From Thermoproteota archaeon (GTDB lineage Archaea > Korarchaeota > Korarchaeia > Korarchaeales > Korarchaeaceae), in assembly GCA_027491395.1 (NCBI GenBank), contig JAOZFI010000041.1, forward strand, positions 1 through 64,000: a DNA stretch of 64,000 nucleotides, written 5' to 3'. The notes beneath the pieces were generated by a model, which was given only the letters and a program-made list of their open reading frames with translations, made no database searches and had not been told where the DNA came from. Of the stretch, positions 27,656-38,197 are shown piece after piece. The position numbers and the translations under genes are program-made. The first letter of the stretch is position 1. Every line of letters begins with the position of its first letter.

Positions 27656-29323
27656 ATGCCCGTGATAAGGGTGGACATGAGGGAATTCTTCAGGCTCCTT
27701 GGTGGGGAGCTGAACGAGGAAGAGCTGACATCCCTCCTAGAGTACACCAAGGTGAATCTCGAAGCCTACGATCCTGAGGAGGGGGAGATGGAGTTCGAGG
27801 TAACTGCCGACAGGATGGACCTAGTCGCCATGGAGGGCTTGGTCCGCCTGATCAAGGGCTTGATGGGGAGGGAGCTGGGCATCCCCAAGTACCCCATGAG
27901 GAGGAAGACCTTCCAGGTGAGGGTCACCGAGAGCGTTAGGAGGGTCAGGCCCTACGTAGTCGCAGCTCTGGTGAAGGGTGTGGACCTCACCACCGAGGAG
28001 TCCCTGATATCGCTGATAGAGGCTCAAGAAAAGATACACGACACCCTAGGGAGGAAGAGGAAGAGGGTTTCCATAGGTCTCCACGACTTCTCGAAGGTGG
28101 TCCCCCCCATAACTTACGATGCCAGGCCTGCAGACAAGGTTTCCTTCGTTCCCCTCGGTGAGTACGCGGAGATGACGGCCCAAGAGGTGCTAGAGCAGAC
28201 GGAGAAGGGAAGGGAGTACGCTCACCTCATAGAGAACCCCGAGAACTTGGTCCCCCTGATACTGGATTCGAGGGACGAGGTCCTGAGCCTTCCTCCCATA
28301 ATAAACTCGGAGCTGACCAGGCTCACCCCGGGGGTGAGGGATCTCTTTATAGATGTCACCGGAACGGATCTGAGGGCGATCTCTCATACCTTGGAGATAA
28401 TGGTGTCGGCGCTGGGTGAGAGGGGAGGAGAGATTCACACGCTCGAAGTCGTCTATCCGGACATGACGCTCGAGACACCGAAACCCGAGCCCAGCGAGAT
28501 GATCGTGAGCGAGGACTTCATCAGAAGGATGGTGGGCATCCCCATGAGCTCGGAGGAGATAATTCACCAGCTGAGGATGGCTAGGCTTGACGCCTCCTCC
28601 GATGGTAGCATCGTTAGGGTGATGATCCCGGGCTTCAGGGCCGACTTCCTTCACCCAGTGGACGTGGCCGAGGAGGTGGCCACCACTTACGGCCTCAACA
28701 ACTTGGGATACGAGCTGCCCCTCAATGTGATGACCGTGGGCAAGAGGCATCCTAGGGAGAAGGTCTCAGCCCTGGTAAGGACGCTCATGGTAGGGCTCGG
28801 ATACCAGGAGGTCCTGAACTACATAATGACCAGCAGGACCTTCCTCTTCTCCTCCGTGGGGAGGGAGGAGAGACCCGTGGTTGAGGTGGCCAATCCGGTA
28901 TCGGAGAGTTACAGCGTGCTCAGGGATAGCCTGATCCCCGGGCTGCTGCACTTCTTGGCCGCAAATACGCACGCTAAGTACCCTCAGAAGGTCTTCGAGG
29001 TGGGTGACGTCGTAGTCGTCGACGAGTCCTACGAGACTAGAGCCAGGGACGAGAGGAGGCTCGCAGCAGCCTATGCAGACTACTCGGTGGGATTCGAGGA
29101 CATCTACTCCCATCTGAAGGCCCTCGCTGGCAACTCGGGGATCGAGCTGGAGCTAGAGCCCTATAGCGAGAGGCCCTTCCTGCAGGGGAGGTGCGCCAAG
29201 GTGGTGTTGAACGGCGCCGGCGCAGGTCTCATAGGTGAAATAGACCCGGAGATCCTCCTGAAGCTGGGTATAACCGTTCCAGTTGCCCTGTTCGAGATAA
29301 GGCTCCCGATCCCCGAAAAATGA
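27656..29323 (+). CDS. pheT: Phenylalanine-tRNA ligase beta subunit
   Basis: QEKIH, SIGLHD, LSLPPIINS, RADFLHPVDVAEE, VANPVS, FEVGDV. Confidence 0.96.
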   Translation: MPVIRVDMREFFRLLGGELNEEELTSLLEYTKVNLEAYDPEEGEMEFEVTADRMDLVAMEGLVRLIKGLMGRELGIPKYPMRRKTFQVRVTESVRRVRPYVVAALVKGVDLTTEESLISLIEAQEKIHDTLGRKRKRVSIGLHDFSKVVPPITYDARPADKVSFVPLGEYAEMTAQEVLEQTEKGREYAHLIENPENLVPLILDSRDEVLSLPPIINSELTRLTPGVRDLFIDVTGTDLRAISHTLEIMVSALGERGGEIHTLEVVYPDMTLETPKPEPSEMIVSEDFIRRMVGIPMSSEEIIHQLRMARLDASSDGSIVRVMIPGFRADFLHPVDVAEEVATTYGLNNLGYELPLNVMTVGKRHPREKVSALVRTLMVGLGYQEVLNYIMTSRTFLFSSVGREERPVVEVANPVSESYSVLRDSLIPGLLHFLAANTHAKYPQKVFEVGDVVVVDESYETRARDERRLAAAYADYSVGFEDIYSHLKALAGNSGIELELEPYSERPFLQGRCAKVVLNGAGAGLIGEIDPEILLKLGITVPVALFEIRLPIPEK

Positions 29324-29342
29324 TCGGGTGAGGGCAGCGCCC

Positions 29343-30824
29343 TCACCACCACCTCGTTATGACCACCTTCTTGTCGGTGAAAAAGTCTATCGCGTCCATC
29401 TGACCGTGCAGCGTGCCGAAGAATGAGAGCTTCCTCCCTCCGAACGGGAAGTATCCTAAGGGAGCTGCCACCCCTATGTTTATCCCTATGTTGCCAGCGT
29501 TGACCCTCATCGCGTACTCCCTAGCGTACTTCCCCGACTCGGTGAATATGCTGGCGGCATTTCCATACGGGGCCAAGTTGTTGGAGAGCTCCACCGCCTC
29601 GTCGAAGTTCTCCGCTCTGATCATGATGGCTACGGGACCGAATATCTCCTCTTGCGTTATGGTCATCCCCTCCCCAGCATCGACGAATACCGAGGGACCG
29701 AGGAAGAACCCATTCGGGTACTCCTCCGACTTGAAGCCCCTGCCATCGAGAACTAGCCTAGCGCCCTCCTCCAGTCCCTTCTCTATGTAGTGGAGGACCC
29801 TCTCCTTCCCCTTCATGCTGGCCATGGGGCCCATATCCACCGTCTCGTCCAGCCCGTAACCTATCTTCAGCTTCTTAGCCCCCTCGACGAAGGCGTTTAC
29901 GAACCTTTCGTAGATGTCCCCCACTAGTATGATGTTAGCAGCGGCGAGGCACCTCTGACCAGCCATGTTGTAGACGGAACCCAGCAGGTTGTTCACGGTC
30001 CTCTCGAAATTCGCATCAGGCATCACGACTTCGGGGTTCTTGGCCCCTCCCTGCGCGAGCACCCTCTTTCCTGCCTTCGAAGCCGTCTCGTATATTATCT
30101 TCGCGACGGGAGTGGAGCCCACGAAGGTGACTCCAGCCACGTCCTTGTGGGTTATGAGGGCGTGGACTGTGTCCTTGGCGCCATTGACCAGGTTAACAAC
30201 TCCTGGGGGCAAGCCCACCTCCTCGTGTATGACCTTCATCACCCAGTACATGGGCGCCGGATCCAGTTCCGAGGGTTTCAGCACGACCGTATTGCCCGAG
30301 GCTATGGCATAAGGGAGGAACCAGAACGGTATCATCACGGGGAAGTTCATGGGCGTTACTATCGCGAACACGCCCAGCGGTTCCCTTATGTACTCCTCAT
30401 CTATGTTGCTGGTGACCCTGATCATCTTCTCCCCCAAGGTGAGCGTGGGCATCCCTAGTGCAGCATCTACGTTCTCCAAGGCTCTTCTAAGCTCTCCTCT
30501 TGCCTCCCTTATGGTCTTACCCATGTTCTGGGATATTACTCTGGCTATCTCCTCCTTATGCTTCTCAATAGCAAGCTTGAGCTTGACCAAGTACTGTATC
30601 CTCTCGGTCACTGGCATCTGGCTCCATTCCTCGAAGGCCCTAGCTGCGGCCTGGACCGCCTGATCCACCCCTTCCCCCTTCGTGAGAGGGGTCTTGGCTA
30701 TCACCTCCCCCTTGGCCGGATTGTAAGAGTCTAGGTACTCGTCAGCTGGGGCTTCCACGAAATTTCCATCCACGTAGTTGGGGATGATACCGTAATCCTT
30801 CCTTACCTCCTCGAGAACGACCAT
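29343..30824 (-). CDS. mmsA: CoA-acylating (methyl)malonate-semialdehyde dehydrogenase
   Basis: ALDH: PMNFP.MIP.W, KPSE, FVGSTPVA, GGAKN, AGQRCLA, EEIFGP, INIGVAAP..YFPFGG.K.SFFG. Confidence 0.9.
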   Translation of the reverse strand: MVVLEEVRKDYGIIPNYVDGNFVEAPADEYLDSYNPAKGEVIAKTPLTKGEGVDQAVQAAARAFEEWSQMPVTERIQYLVKLKLAIEKHKEEIARVISQNMGKTIREARGELRRALENVDAALGMPTLTLGEKMIRVTSNIDEEYIREPLGVFAIVTPMNFPVMIPFWFLPYAIASGNTVVLKPSELDPAPMYWVMKVIHEEVGLPPGVVNLVNGAKDTVHALITHKDVAGVTFVGSTPVAKIIYETASKAGKRVLAQGGAKNPEVVMPDANFERTVNNLLGSVYNMAGQRCLAAANIILVGDIYERFVNAFVEGAKKLKIGYGLDETVDMGPMASMKGKERVLHYIEKGLEEGARLVLDGRGFKSEEYPNGFFLGPSVFVDAGEGMTITQEEIFGPVAIMIRAENFDEAVELSNNLAPYGNAASIFTESGKYAREYAMRVNAGNIGINIGVAAPLGYFPFGGRKLSFFGTLHGQMDAIDFFTDKKVVITRWW

Positions 30825-32123
30825 TCAGCTCACCTCCTTGAGGCTCTCCTCGAGGGCCTCCAGAGCACCGTCTATGTGCTCGTAAGTCACGGTCAATGGG
30901 GGCTGGAGCCTGAGCACGGATCCAACAGCCCCTCCCACTCCGATGAGGTATCCTTTCTCTCTCATGAGCTGTCTGATTCTCTTGGCTTCGCTCACCGCTG
31001 GCTCTTTACTCTCCCTGTCCCTCACCAGCTCGACCCCTATCATGAGCCCCCTTCCCCTGACGTCACCGATCAGCTTGATCTCGCTCATCATGTCCCTCAA
31101 GGCCTTCATCACGTAGTTCCCCTTCTCCTCCGCCTGCTTGGGCAAGTTCTCCTCCTCCATGAACTCTATGTTCGCCAGAGCAGCTGCTGCCGATACGGGG
31201 TTGCCTCCGAAAGTTGAGAGGTGATCTCCAGGTTCGAAGGAGTCAGCTATCTCCGCCCTGGTCGTGCACGCCGCTATCGGGAACCCGTCAGCTATGCCCT
31301 TGGCCATGGTAACTATGTCGGGCTCTATGCCGAGGTGCTCCACCCCAAACATCCTTCCAGTTCTCCCGAAGCCCGTCTGCACCTCGTCATCGATGAGGAG
31401 TATGTCCCTCTCGTCAAGAATCTCTCTCACTATCTTCGCGTACTCCTTGGGTATCGGTATTATCCCACCTTCTCCTTGGAGGGGCTCCATGATCAGTGCG
31501 GCAACGTTGTTGCTGGTGGCGTAGTCGATCACGTTGTTCAGGTATCTTGCACATTCGAAGTCGCAGTCCGGGAACTGCTTCCCGAAGGGGCACCTGTAGC
31601 AGTAGGGGCTGGGGGTGAAGGAGACAGCCGGCATGTAGGGACCCATGTCGAACCTCTTCCTCTTCCACTGACCGGTTATACTGAGCGTTCCGATGGTCCT
31701 CCCGTGGAAGGAGTGGGTGAGGGCTATCAGCTCGTGCTTCTTGGTGAACTTCCTCGCCACCTTCATGGCGCACTCTATGGCCTCGGCTCCACTGTTGGAG
31801 AAGAAGGTCTTCTTCATATCCCTCCCGGGAACTATCTCAGCCAGCCTCTTGGCCAGCTTTATTGTGGGCGGCACGTGATACACGTAGGTACACGCGTGAA
31901 CGAGCTTCTTTGCCTGTTCTATTGCAGCATTCACGACCTTCTCGTTCACATGACCAGCGTTCACCACCGCTATGCCCGCGAAGAAGTCCACGTACTTCCT
32001 TCCATCCATATCTATTACCACGTCATTCTCGGCCCGATCAACGACCACGGGCTCCAACCTCTCAACGATAGAGGTGACGAGGTACTCCTCAGCCATACGA
32101 ATGAGGTCTTCCCTCTCTCCCAT
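30825..32123 (-). CDS. Class III PLP aminotransferase (omega-amino acid/GABA type)
   Basis: NSGAEA, FHGRT, EPLQGEGG, DEVQTGFGRTG, MAKGIADG, STFGGNP. Confidence 0.93.
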   Translation of the reverse strand: MGEREDLIRMAEEYLVTSIVERLEPVVVDRAENDVVIDMDGRKYVDFFAGIAVVNAGHVNEKVVNAAIEQAKKLVHACTYVYHVPPTIKLAKRLAEIVPGRDMKKTFFSNSGAEAIECAMKVARKFTKKHELIALTHSFHGRTIGTLSITGQWKRKRFDMGPYMPAVSFTPSPYCYRCPFGKQFPDCDFECARYLNNVIDYATSNNVAALIMEPLQGEGGIIPIPKEYAKIVREILDERDILLIDDEVQTGFGRTGRMFGVEHLGIEPDIVTMAKGIADGFPIAACTTRAEIADSFEPGDHLSTFGGNPVSAAAALANIEFMEEENLPKQAEEKGNYVMKALRDMMSEIKLIGDVRGRGLMIGVELVRDRESKEPAVSEAKRIRQLMREKGYLIGVGGAVGSVLRLQPPLTVTYEHIDGALEALEESLKEVS

Positions 32124-32348
32124 AGCAATACCTGATAATGGATGGGGGGTCTTCTTAATAATCGTTGGGGGTCCTCCTGACCCTTGGAGTCGAGAAAGCC
32201 CCCCTAGTAAACTATTTGACGAAATAAAAACACGTAGGTTCCCCTTGGAATATCAATATATCTCAGGGATCGGGCGATAAATGTTTACATATCAGACGGC
32301 AGTGCTCTGCAAAATGGAAAAATAATTTAAGAAGAAAGGGGAGAGAGC

Positions 32349-33395
32349 TCACAGCATCTTGATGAACTCGGAGAGGAGAGCTCCTCCCCACGCGATATCA
32401 TTCAGATTAACCACTTCTACTGGACTGTGCATGCTCCTGAGGGGTATAGAGATGAGCCCAGTCCTCACACCCCCTCTGGCAACCTGAATTGCCCATGTGT
32501 CCGTTCCATACCCTCTGAAATCGGGTTCAATCTGATAGGGTATTTCGGCCTCTTTCGCGGCTCTTTCAAGGGCCTCCACGACTTCCCAGTGGTAGATCGG
32601 ACCCTTGCTTATGGCTGGCCCCTTGCCTGTCCTGAGAACGAACTCCGCTGGCATCATGGGTTGTTTCGCGAATGTGACATCTATGGCAACTGCTATATCC
32701 GGCTTGAGCCTGTACGCCACCATTTCCGCCCCCCTGAGTCCTATCTCCTCCTGTATGGTAGCGACGAAGTGAACCTCAGCATCTATCCTATCTCGGGACT
32801 TCCAAGCGAGCTTGAGGGCCTCTATCATCGTGACAACTCCAGCGGCATCGTCCAAACCGGGGGATGAGAAGTGATGGCCGAGTAAGTCCTCTGGCTCGTA
32901 ATCCGGCACCCCGTAGACCCCGGGTTTGATTCCAGCCCTCTCCGCATCTTCTTTTCTATCGGCACCTATATCAATGGCCAGATCCCTGACCTCCAGCTTC
33001 TTCTCAGCCAGCTCCTTGTAGGTCCTGAAAATATGGGGTGGAAGTACGCTCACAACCCCCTTGACCTCCCCCTTGTCCGTGAGGAGCTTCACCCTCATTC
33101 CATACAGCACCTTGGCGTCCCAGCCCACACCCTCGAACTTGACGAATCCGTCTTCCGTGACTTCCCTGACTATTATCCCTATCTGATCCACGTGGGCCGC
33201 CAGCATCACCACCGGCTTCCCACCCGGATTTATGATGGCTTCAGAGTTCCCCCAAGCGTCCACCTTGAATGCATCTGAGAAGGGAGACATGAGCTTCCTG
33301 AGAACAGGTACAACATTCCTCTCGATGCCGGTCACTCTAGGGACCCTTGTCAGTCTGAGCAGACTGTCTCGGACGCCCTCGATCTCAGGCTCCAA
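32349..33395 (-). CDS. M42 (TET) family metallo-aminopeptidase
   Basis: AAHVDQIG, LDDAAG, QEEIGLRGA, AIDVT, GTD, MHSP. Confidence 0.93.
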   Translation of the reverse strand: MEPEIEGVRDSLLRLTRVPRVTGIERNVVPVLRKLMSPFSDAFKVDAWGNSEAIINPGGKPVVMLAAHVDQIGIIVREVTEDGFVKFEGVGWDAKVLYGMRVKLLTDKGEVKGVVSVLPPHIFRTYKELAEKKLEVRDLAIDIGADRKEDAERAGIKPGVYGVPDYEPEDLLGHHFSSPGLDDAAGVVTMIEALKLAWKSRDRIDAEVHFVATIQEEIGLRGAEMVAYRLKPDIAVAIDVTFAKQPMMPAEFVLRTGKGPAISKGPIYHWEVVEALERAAKEAEIPYQIEPDFRGYGTDTWAIQVARGGVRTGLISIPLRSMHSPVEVVNLNDIAWGGALLSEFIKML

Positions 33396-33454
33396 GTTAC
33401 CACCGAATTAATGGAAAGGTCCTTATAAAAGAAAAAGGGGATGATCCGATCACC

Positions 33455-34723
33455 ATGTCCCTCAGGATAAAGGATATCAGGGCTAGACAGATCTTGGACT
33501 CCAGAGGGAATCCCACGGTCGAGGTATCAGTGTTACTGGATGGAGGTGCCTCAGGTAGGTTCTCGGTACCGAGCGGCGCCTCGAAGGGAGAGAAGGAAGC
33601 TCTCGAATTGAGAGACGGTGGAAAATGGCTGCACGGGAAGGGGGTTCTCAGGGCAATCAGGAACGTCAACGAGGTGATAAGGCCCGCCCTGATAGGGGTC
33701 GAGGCCACCTCTCAGCTGTACATCGACAGGATCATGCTGGAGCTGGATGGCACTCCCAACAAGAGCAGGTTGGGGGCCAACGCCATACTGGGTGTCTCCG
33801 TGGGTGTCGCGAAGGCTGCGGCAGCAGGGCTTGGAATTCCACTGTATCGCTACTTGGGTGGAATAAGCTCTAGGACGCTTCCAATCCCCTTCATGAACGT
33901 GTTGAACGGAGGGGTACACGCTGGCAATGATCTGGCCATCCAGGAGTTTATGATAGTGCCCGTCCGATTCGAAAGCTTCAGGGATGCCCTCTTCGCAGGG
34001 GTAGAGGTTTACATGGAGCTCAAGAGGCAGCTCCTTAGGAAGTACGGGAGGATAGCTGTGAACGTCGGTGATGAGGGAGGCTTCGCACCTCCTATGTCCA
34101 AGACTGAGGAGGCTCTAGATTCACTAACTGGAGCTATAGAGGAGATGGGCTATGCGGGGAAAGTGATGCTGGCCCTAGATTGCGCGGCCAACGAGTTTTA
34201 CTCCGATGGCAAGTACAGGATAGACGGTAGGGAGCTATCCCCACCGGAACTCATGGACTTCTACATAAATCTCGTAGATAAATACCCAATAATCAGTATA
34301 GAGGATCCCTTTATGGATGAGGATTGGGAATCCCTGTCGGAACTCACCAAGAGGATAGGGGGTAGGATACAGATAGTCGGGGACGATTACTTCGCCACCA
34401 ACCCCGTGTTCCTGCGCAAGGGGATAGAGGCCGGGGCGGCCAACGCCCTCCTGCTGAAGGTCAACCAGATAGGAACCCTGAGCGAGGCGCTGGAGGCAGC
34501 TAACCACGCCTTCAGTCACGGATACTCCGTCATGGTCAGCCATCGCTCCGGGGAGACGACCGATACCTTCATAGCTGACTTGGCTGTGGCCCTGAATTCC
34601 GGTCAGATAAAAACGGGAGCTCCGGCTAGGGGGGAGAGGGTGGCTAAATACAACAGGCTTCTAGAAATAGAGGAAGAGCTAGGACCTATTGCCCTCTTTC
34701 CAGGCCCTCGGCCAGTAGCCTGA
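33455..34723 (+). CDS. eno: Enolase
   Basis: DSRGNPTVE, VPSGASKG, VGDEGG, LLKVNQIG, SHRSGET, KYNRLL. Confidence 0.98.
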   Translation: MSLRIKDIRARQILDSRGNPTVEVSVLLDGGASGRFSVPSGASKGEKEALELRDGGKWLHGKGVLRAIRNVNEVIRPALIGVEATSQLYIDRIMLELDGTPNKSRLGANAILGVSVGVAKAAAAGLGIPLYRYLGGISSRTLPIPFMNVLNGGVHAGNDLAIQEFMIVPVRFESFRDALFAGVEVYMELKRQLLRKYGRIAVNVGDEGGFAPPMSKTEEALDSLTGAIEEMGYAGKVMLALDCAANEFYSDGKYRIDGRELSPPELMDFYINLVDKYPIISIEDPFMDEDWESLSELTKRIGGRIQIVGDDYFATNPVFLRKGIEAGAANALLLKVNQIGTLSEALEAANHAFSHGYSVMVSHRSGETTDTFIADLAVALNSGQIKTGAPARGERVAKYNRLLEIEEELGPIALFPGPRPVA

Positions 34724-36098
34724 CGAAAAACTCCTCCTTCTTTAGTTCCTTCCAGATCTCATTCAGGGCCCACTGACCGAGGGAAGCTAGCTCCCTCTCT
34801 GTGAGGACCCTGATCTTCGCTCTTCCCCTAAGTATGGATGGTAACCTCTGCCCCCTGAATATATCGCTCGCGAGGAGCGTGGCCTCCCTGTACTTCCTCC
34901 GCCTGAATACGTACCACCTGTCCTCCCTAATGAAGGGGCCTCCCAGCGTCACCTCGCTTCCCACGTATTTGAGCAGGAAGTTGTCCTCATCTCTCATGCC
35001 GACCGGTGGGCCCTCACGCCTCTCCAGCGTGGGGAGGAGCAGGTATGGTATTTCGGCGGCCACCACTATCGTGGAGGACTCGTCAGTCCATCCGGAGGAC
35101 CACATCGGGTCGAAACCGTGCTTCCTCAACTCGTCCCCCAGAATTCTCCCCAGCTTCTTGGCCTGAGACCAGAGTAGCTCCCTGCTCAACTGGTCCGGCT
35201 CATCTAACTTGAAGAGCTCAACTAATACCAAATGGGTCCCTCTCCTCTTCAGCTCCTCCTCTATCACGCTGCTCCTGACCCTAACCTTAAGAGGTCTGAG
35301 GGCCCTCTCGAAGAACTCGATAGACGGGTTGATCAGGAAGGCCCGGGCTGCAATCCTGAATCGATTGAACTGAGTAAGAGTGAGGGCGGCAGCCACGTTC
35401 CTCCTCGGATCCACAGGATCTATGACCACCAGCGGATCCTTCGGAAAGAGGACGGACGCGTACTCCTCACCTAGGTGATCCTCAGGGTCTATGCAGATGG
35501 GAGGCTGCCAGTCCTTGGCCGCCCTCAGCACCTCGAGGAAACTACCGTAATGGATCACTAGGACCTCGCATAGGTACCCGCTGAACCCTCCGACCTTTTC
35601 TTCAGCACCGTAAGCCTCTATCGATTTGAGAAAGGCTTTCAGAAGCCTCACTTCAGTTGGAGAGCGAAGTTTAGACTTCACGTAGGAGTTGTGCAGTGGG
35701 GTCCTGTCTACCGAGCTAGCTATTCTCTCCCCCTTCCTTATCCTGTAAGCTGGAACGAGATCTATATCGAATTCCCCCAGCTTGACCATGACGTAGGGAT
35801 GCTCAGCGTAGTTCTGAATGTAATCACCGAAGGCCTTGGCCGCGATCTCCCTTATCAGCTCACCTAGAACATCCTTCCCCCCGACCCCCATGGGAAAGAG
35901 GACGAATATATCCAACTCATAGTTGCCCGGTAGCCAAGTGTCCCTCACTGCGGACCCTACCGGCACTACATCCGCATCGAATCCCAGCTCGTCGACCGCC
36001 CTCCTTACTCTACTCAATGCCTCCTCCAAGACACTCTGGAGCTTCCTTCTCTCTTCATCCGAGGGCGTGACGAGCCTCTTAGCCTGTTCCAGCACCAC
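34686..36098 (-). CDS. cca: CCA-adding enzyme (class I)
   Basis: GSAVRDTWL..ELD, YAEHPY, SVDRTP.H, GFSGYLCE, DPVDPRRNVAAA; likely GTG start at 36098 or 36095. Confidence 0.95.
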   Translation of the reverse strand: MVLEQAKRLVTPSDEERRKLQSVLEEALSRVRRAVDELGFDADVVPVGSAVRDTWLPGNYELDIFVLFPMGVGGKDVLGELIREIAAKAFGDYIQNYAEHPYVMVKLGEFDIDLVPAYRIRKGERIASSVDRTPLHNSYVKSKLRSPTEVRLLKAFLKSIEAYGAEEKVGGFSGYLCEVLVIHYGSFLEVLRAAKDWQPPICIDPEDHLGEEYASVLFPKDPLVVIDPVDPRRNVAAALTLTQFNRFRIAARAFLINPSIEFFERALRPLKVRVRSSVIEEELKRRGTHLVLVELFKLDEPDQLSRELLWSQAKKLGRILGDELRKHGFDPMWSSGWTDESSTIVVAAEIPYLLLPTLERREGPPVGMRDEDNFLLKYVGSEVTLGGPFIREDRWYVFRRRKYREATLLASDIFRGQRLPSILRGRAKIRVLTERELASLGQWALNEIWKELKKEEFFVRLLAEGLERGQ

Positions 36099-36105
36099 CT
36101 CTAAG

Positions 36106-36675
36106 TCACTCGATGGTCGCGTGCCTCTTGGCAAGATCCTCCTCACTCTTCCCTAGGAGCTCCACGAGCTCCGCAATGAGGGCGTCAAAGTAGATCATGG
36201 TACTCAGCTCGAACAGCGTGCCTAGAGGAGTCAAGGGCTCGTGTATTCCGAGTATCTGCCTAGTGAAGTAGTCCCTGCTGTTGTTCTTAGGGAGCACCCT
36301 CCCCCCGATCCTCACGACCAGATCCGCTATCTTACCGAGGCTCGACTCAGGATAGCTGGTGACGGCCACCACGTGAGCTCCAACCTTTTTAGCCACCTGC
36401 GCTGCTGAGAGAGGATATTTGGTCTCGCCAGAACCGCTCACTACCACCACTAAGTCCCCAGGAGCTACTGAGGGAGTGACCGTCTCGCCTATGACGTAGA
36501 CTTGGAAGCCAACATGCATGAGCCTCATGGCAAATGCCTTCGCTACTAGACCGGATCTACCAGCCCCGACCACGAAGATCTTCCCCTCTCCGAGCGTCCT
36601 CAGAAGGGCCTTTATGAACTTCTGAGTGGATTCCTCGTCGACATCGGACAGGTTCTCACCTATGACATCGAGCAA
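36106..36675 (-). CDS. hxlB: 6-phospho-3-hexuloisomerase (SIS domain)
   Basis: GAGRSG, FAMRLMH, SGSGET, PLGTLFE, RHATIE; start uncertain. Confidence 0.92.
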   Translation of the reverse strand: MLDVIGENLSDVDEESTQKFIKALLRTLGEGKIFVVGAGRSGLVAKAFAMRLMHVGFQVYVIGETVTPSVAPGDLVVVVSGSGETKYPLSAAQVAKKVGAHVVAVTSYPESSLGKIADLVVRIGGRVLPKNNSRDYFTRQILGIHEPLTPLGTLFELSTMIYFDALIAELVELLGKSEEDLAKRHATIE

Positions 36676-36800
36676 CCTACTAATAGTTTCCCCGATGGGC
36701 GTGGCGTCATCCCCTCGGATGCGCCCTCCGCTTTATTTAACAAATTAACTGAAGCGCACATGGTTTTATTTGAGGGATCCGTGACAAGTCTGGATAACTA

Positions 36801-37460
36801 ATGGGAGCCAGTACAGAGGATAACAGCGAGAAACGTCCACCTCCAATCGTAGAGAGGATAATAGAGCAATTTGAGGAGCTAGCCGACACAGTACGAGTAA
36901 TATCTAGGATAAGCGGGATGAGCGAGGTTGCTAGGAGGTATGCGGTCACCAATTCGTTCGACAGCCTCCTTACCATGCTGGGCGTCCTGATGGGGAGCTT
37001 CATATCGGGTCTGAAGGAGCCCTCTGTTATCATCAACACGGTGCTGGGCGGCGCGGTGGCCATACTCATATCCGGTACGATGGGCACGTATCTGACAGAG
37101 AGGGCGGAGAGGGCCTCTAGGATAAAGGAGCTAGAGGTGGCAGTTCTCATGGATCTGGACGAGACCCTCGTGGGAAAGGCCGAGAGCATATCGGCGGTGA
37201 TGGTAGCGGCAGCCAGCGGCCTGGCTCCCTTCTTGGTCATGATGTCCCTGACCGTTCCCTTCTACCTGTCCATTAGCGGCATGCTCTCCGTCATGGAGGC
37301 CTATGTGGTATCCTTCATCGAGGTCCTGACAATCCTCTTCACGCTGGGGGTATTCCTCGGCTCCCTATCGGGTGAGAACAGGCTGGTCTACGGGGCTATG
37401 CTTGTGGGGATGGGCCTCCTGATAGTGATGGTGATGCTTTGGCTGGGGATAAGTGGATAG
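36801..37460 (+). CDS. VIT1/CCC1-like membrane protein
   Basis: RRY..NSFDSLLT.LG, G.YLTERAE; about 5 TM. Confidence 0.75.
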   Translation: MGASTEDNSEKRPPPIVERIIEQFEELADTVRVISRISGMSEVARRYAVTNSFDSLLTMLGVLMGSFISGLKEPSVIINTVLGGAVAILISGTMGTYLTERAERASRIKELEVAVLMDLDETLVGKAESISAVMVAAASGLAPFLVMMSLTVPFYLSISGMLSVMEAYVVSFIEVLTILFTLGVFLGSLSGENRLVYGAMLVGMGLLIVMVMLWLGISG

Positions 37461-38197
37461 CCCTGAGGGTCGCCTACATAGGGTGGGACTACTATGGAGC
37501 GGTCAGGCAGCCAGATCTCCCCACCATAGAGGAATCACTCGCTGAGGCATTGTCCGATCAGGGAATTGAGGCCAAGTTGAAATTCACCTCTAGAACGGAT
37601 AGGGGCGTATCGGCTCTGGATAATGTAGTCACCTACAGAGGGGCGCTCCCGAACATCTCTCGACTGAATGCTGATCTCCCGAAGGACATCGCAGTCTGGG
37701 GGCTCATTGAATCGGATAGCAGGGTGAAGGCGATCGAAAAGACCTATCTATACGTGGTCCCTATGGAACTTGACATCGAAAGGTTGCTCGAGAGATTGAG
37801 AGAGACCTCGCTCTCACCGGATCTCTGCAAGGAGGGAGAGGCGCCGAGACCGAGCTGTGATGCGAGGACTTATCGAGGTTTCACGCTGGTGCTCGTAACC
37901 GGGAGGTCGTTCTGCTGGCAAATGGTCAGGAGGCTTGTGGGAGGAGCCGTTGGTCCCATGATAGGCAAGAGGATGGATGTAGCTCCAGCTGAGGGGCTCA
38001 CGCTCCTCAGGACCAAGTTGGACAGACGGTGGGATGAACGGTGGGATGAGCTTCACACCCATAAACTCCAATTCATCCTGAAAGAGCTGGAAAAGAGAAT
38101 GTGGAGGTGGGGAACGGGTCTGTTCCTGCTGGATGTGATCGGAGGGGTTATCTCTTCAGGGCGACTACCGTCTTGGTCTCGGGGACGTACCACCTGA
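37439..38197 (+). CDS. truA: tRNA pseudouridine(38-40) synthase TruA (compact)
   Basis: AYIG..YYG..RQP, SRTDRGVSA, SFCWQMVRR, APAEGL.L. Confidence 0.88.
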   Translation: MAGDKWIALRVAYIGWDYYGAVRQPDLPTIEESLAEALSDQGIEAKLKFTSRTDRGVSALDNVVTYRGALPNISRLNADLPKDIAVWGLIESDSRVKAIEKTYLYVVPMELDIERLLERLRETSLSPDLCKEGEAPRPSCDARTYRGFTLVLVTGRSFCWQMVRRLVGGAVGPMIGKRMDVAPAEGLTLLRTKLDRRWDERWDELHTHKLQFILKELEKRMWRWGTGLFLLDVIGGVISSGRLPSWSRGRTT

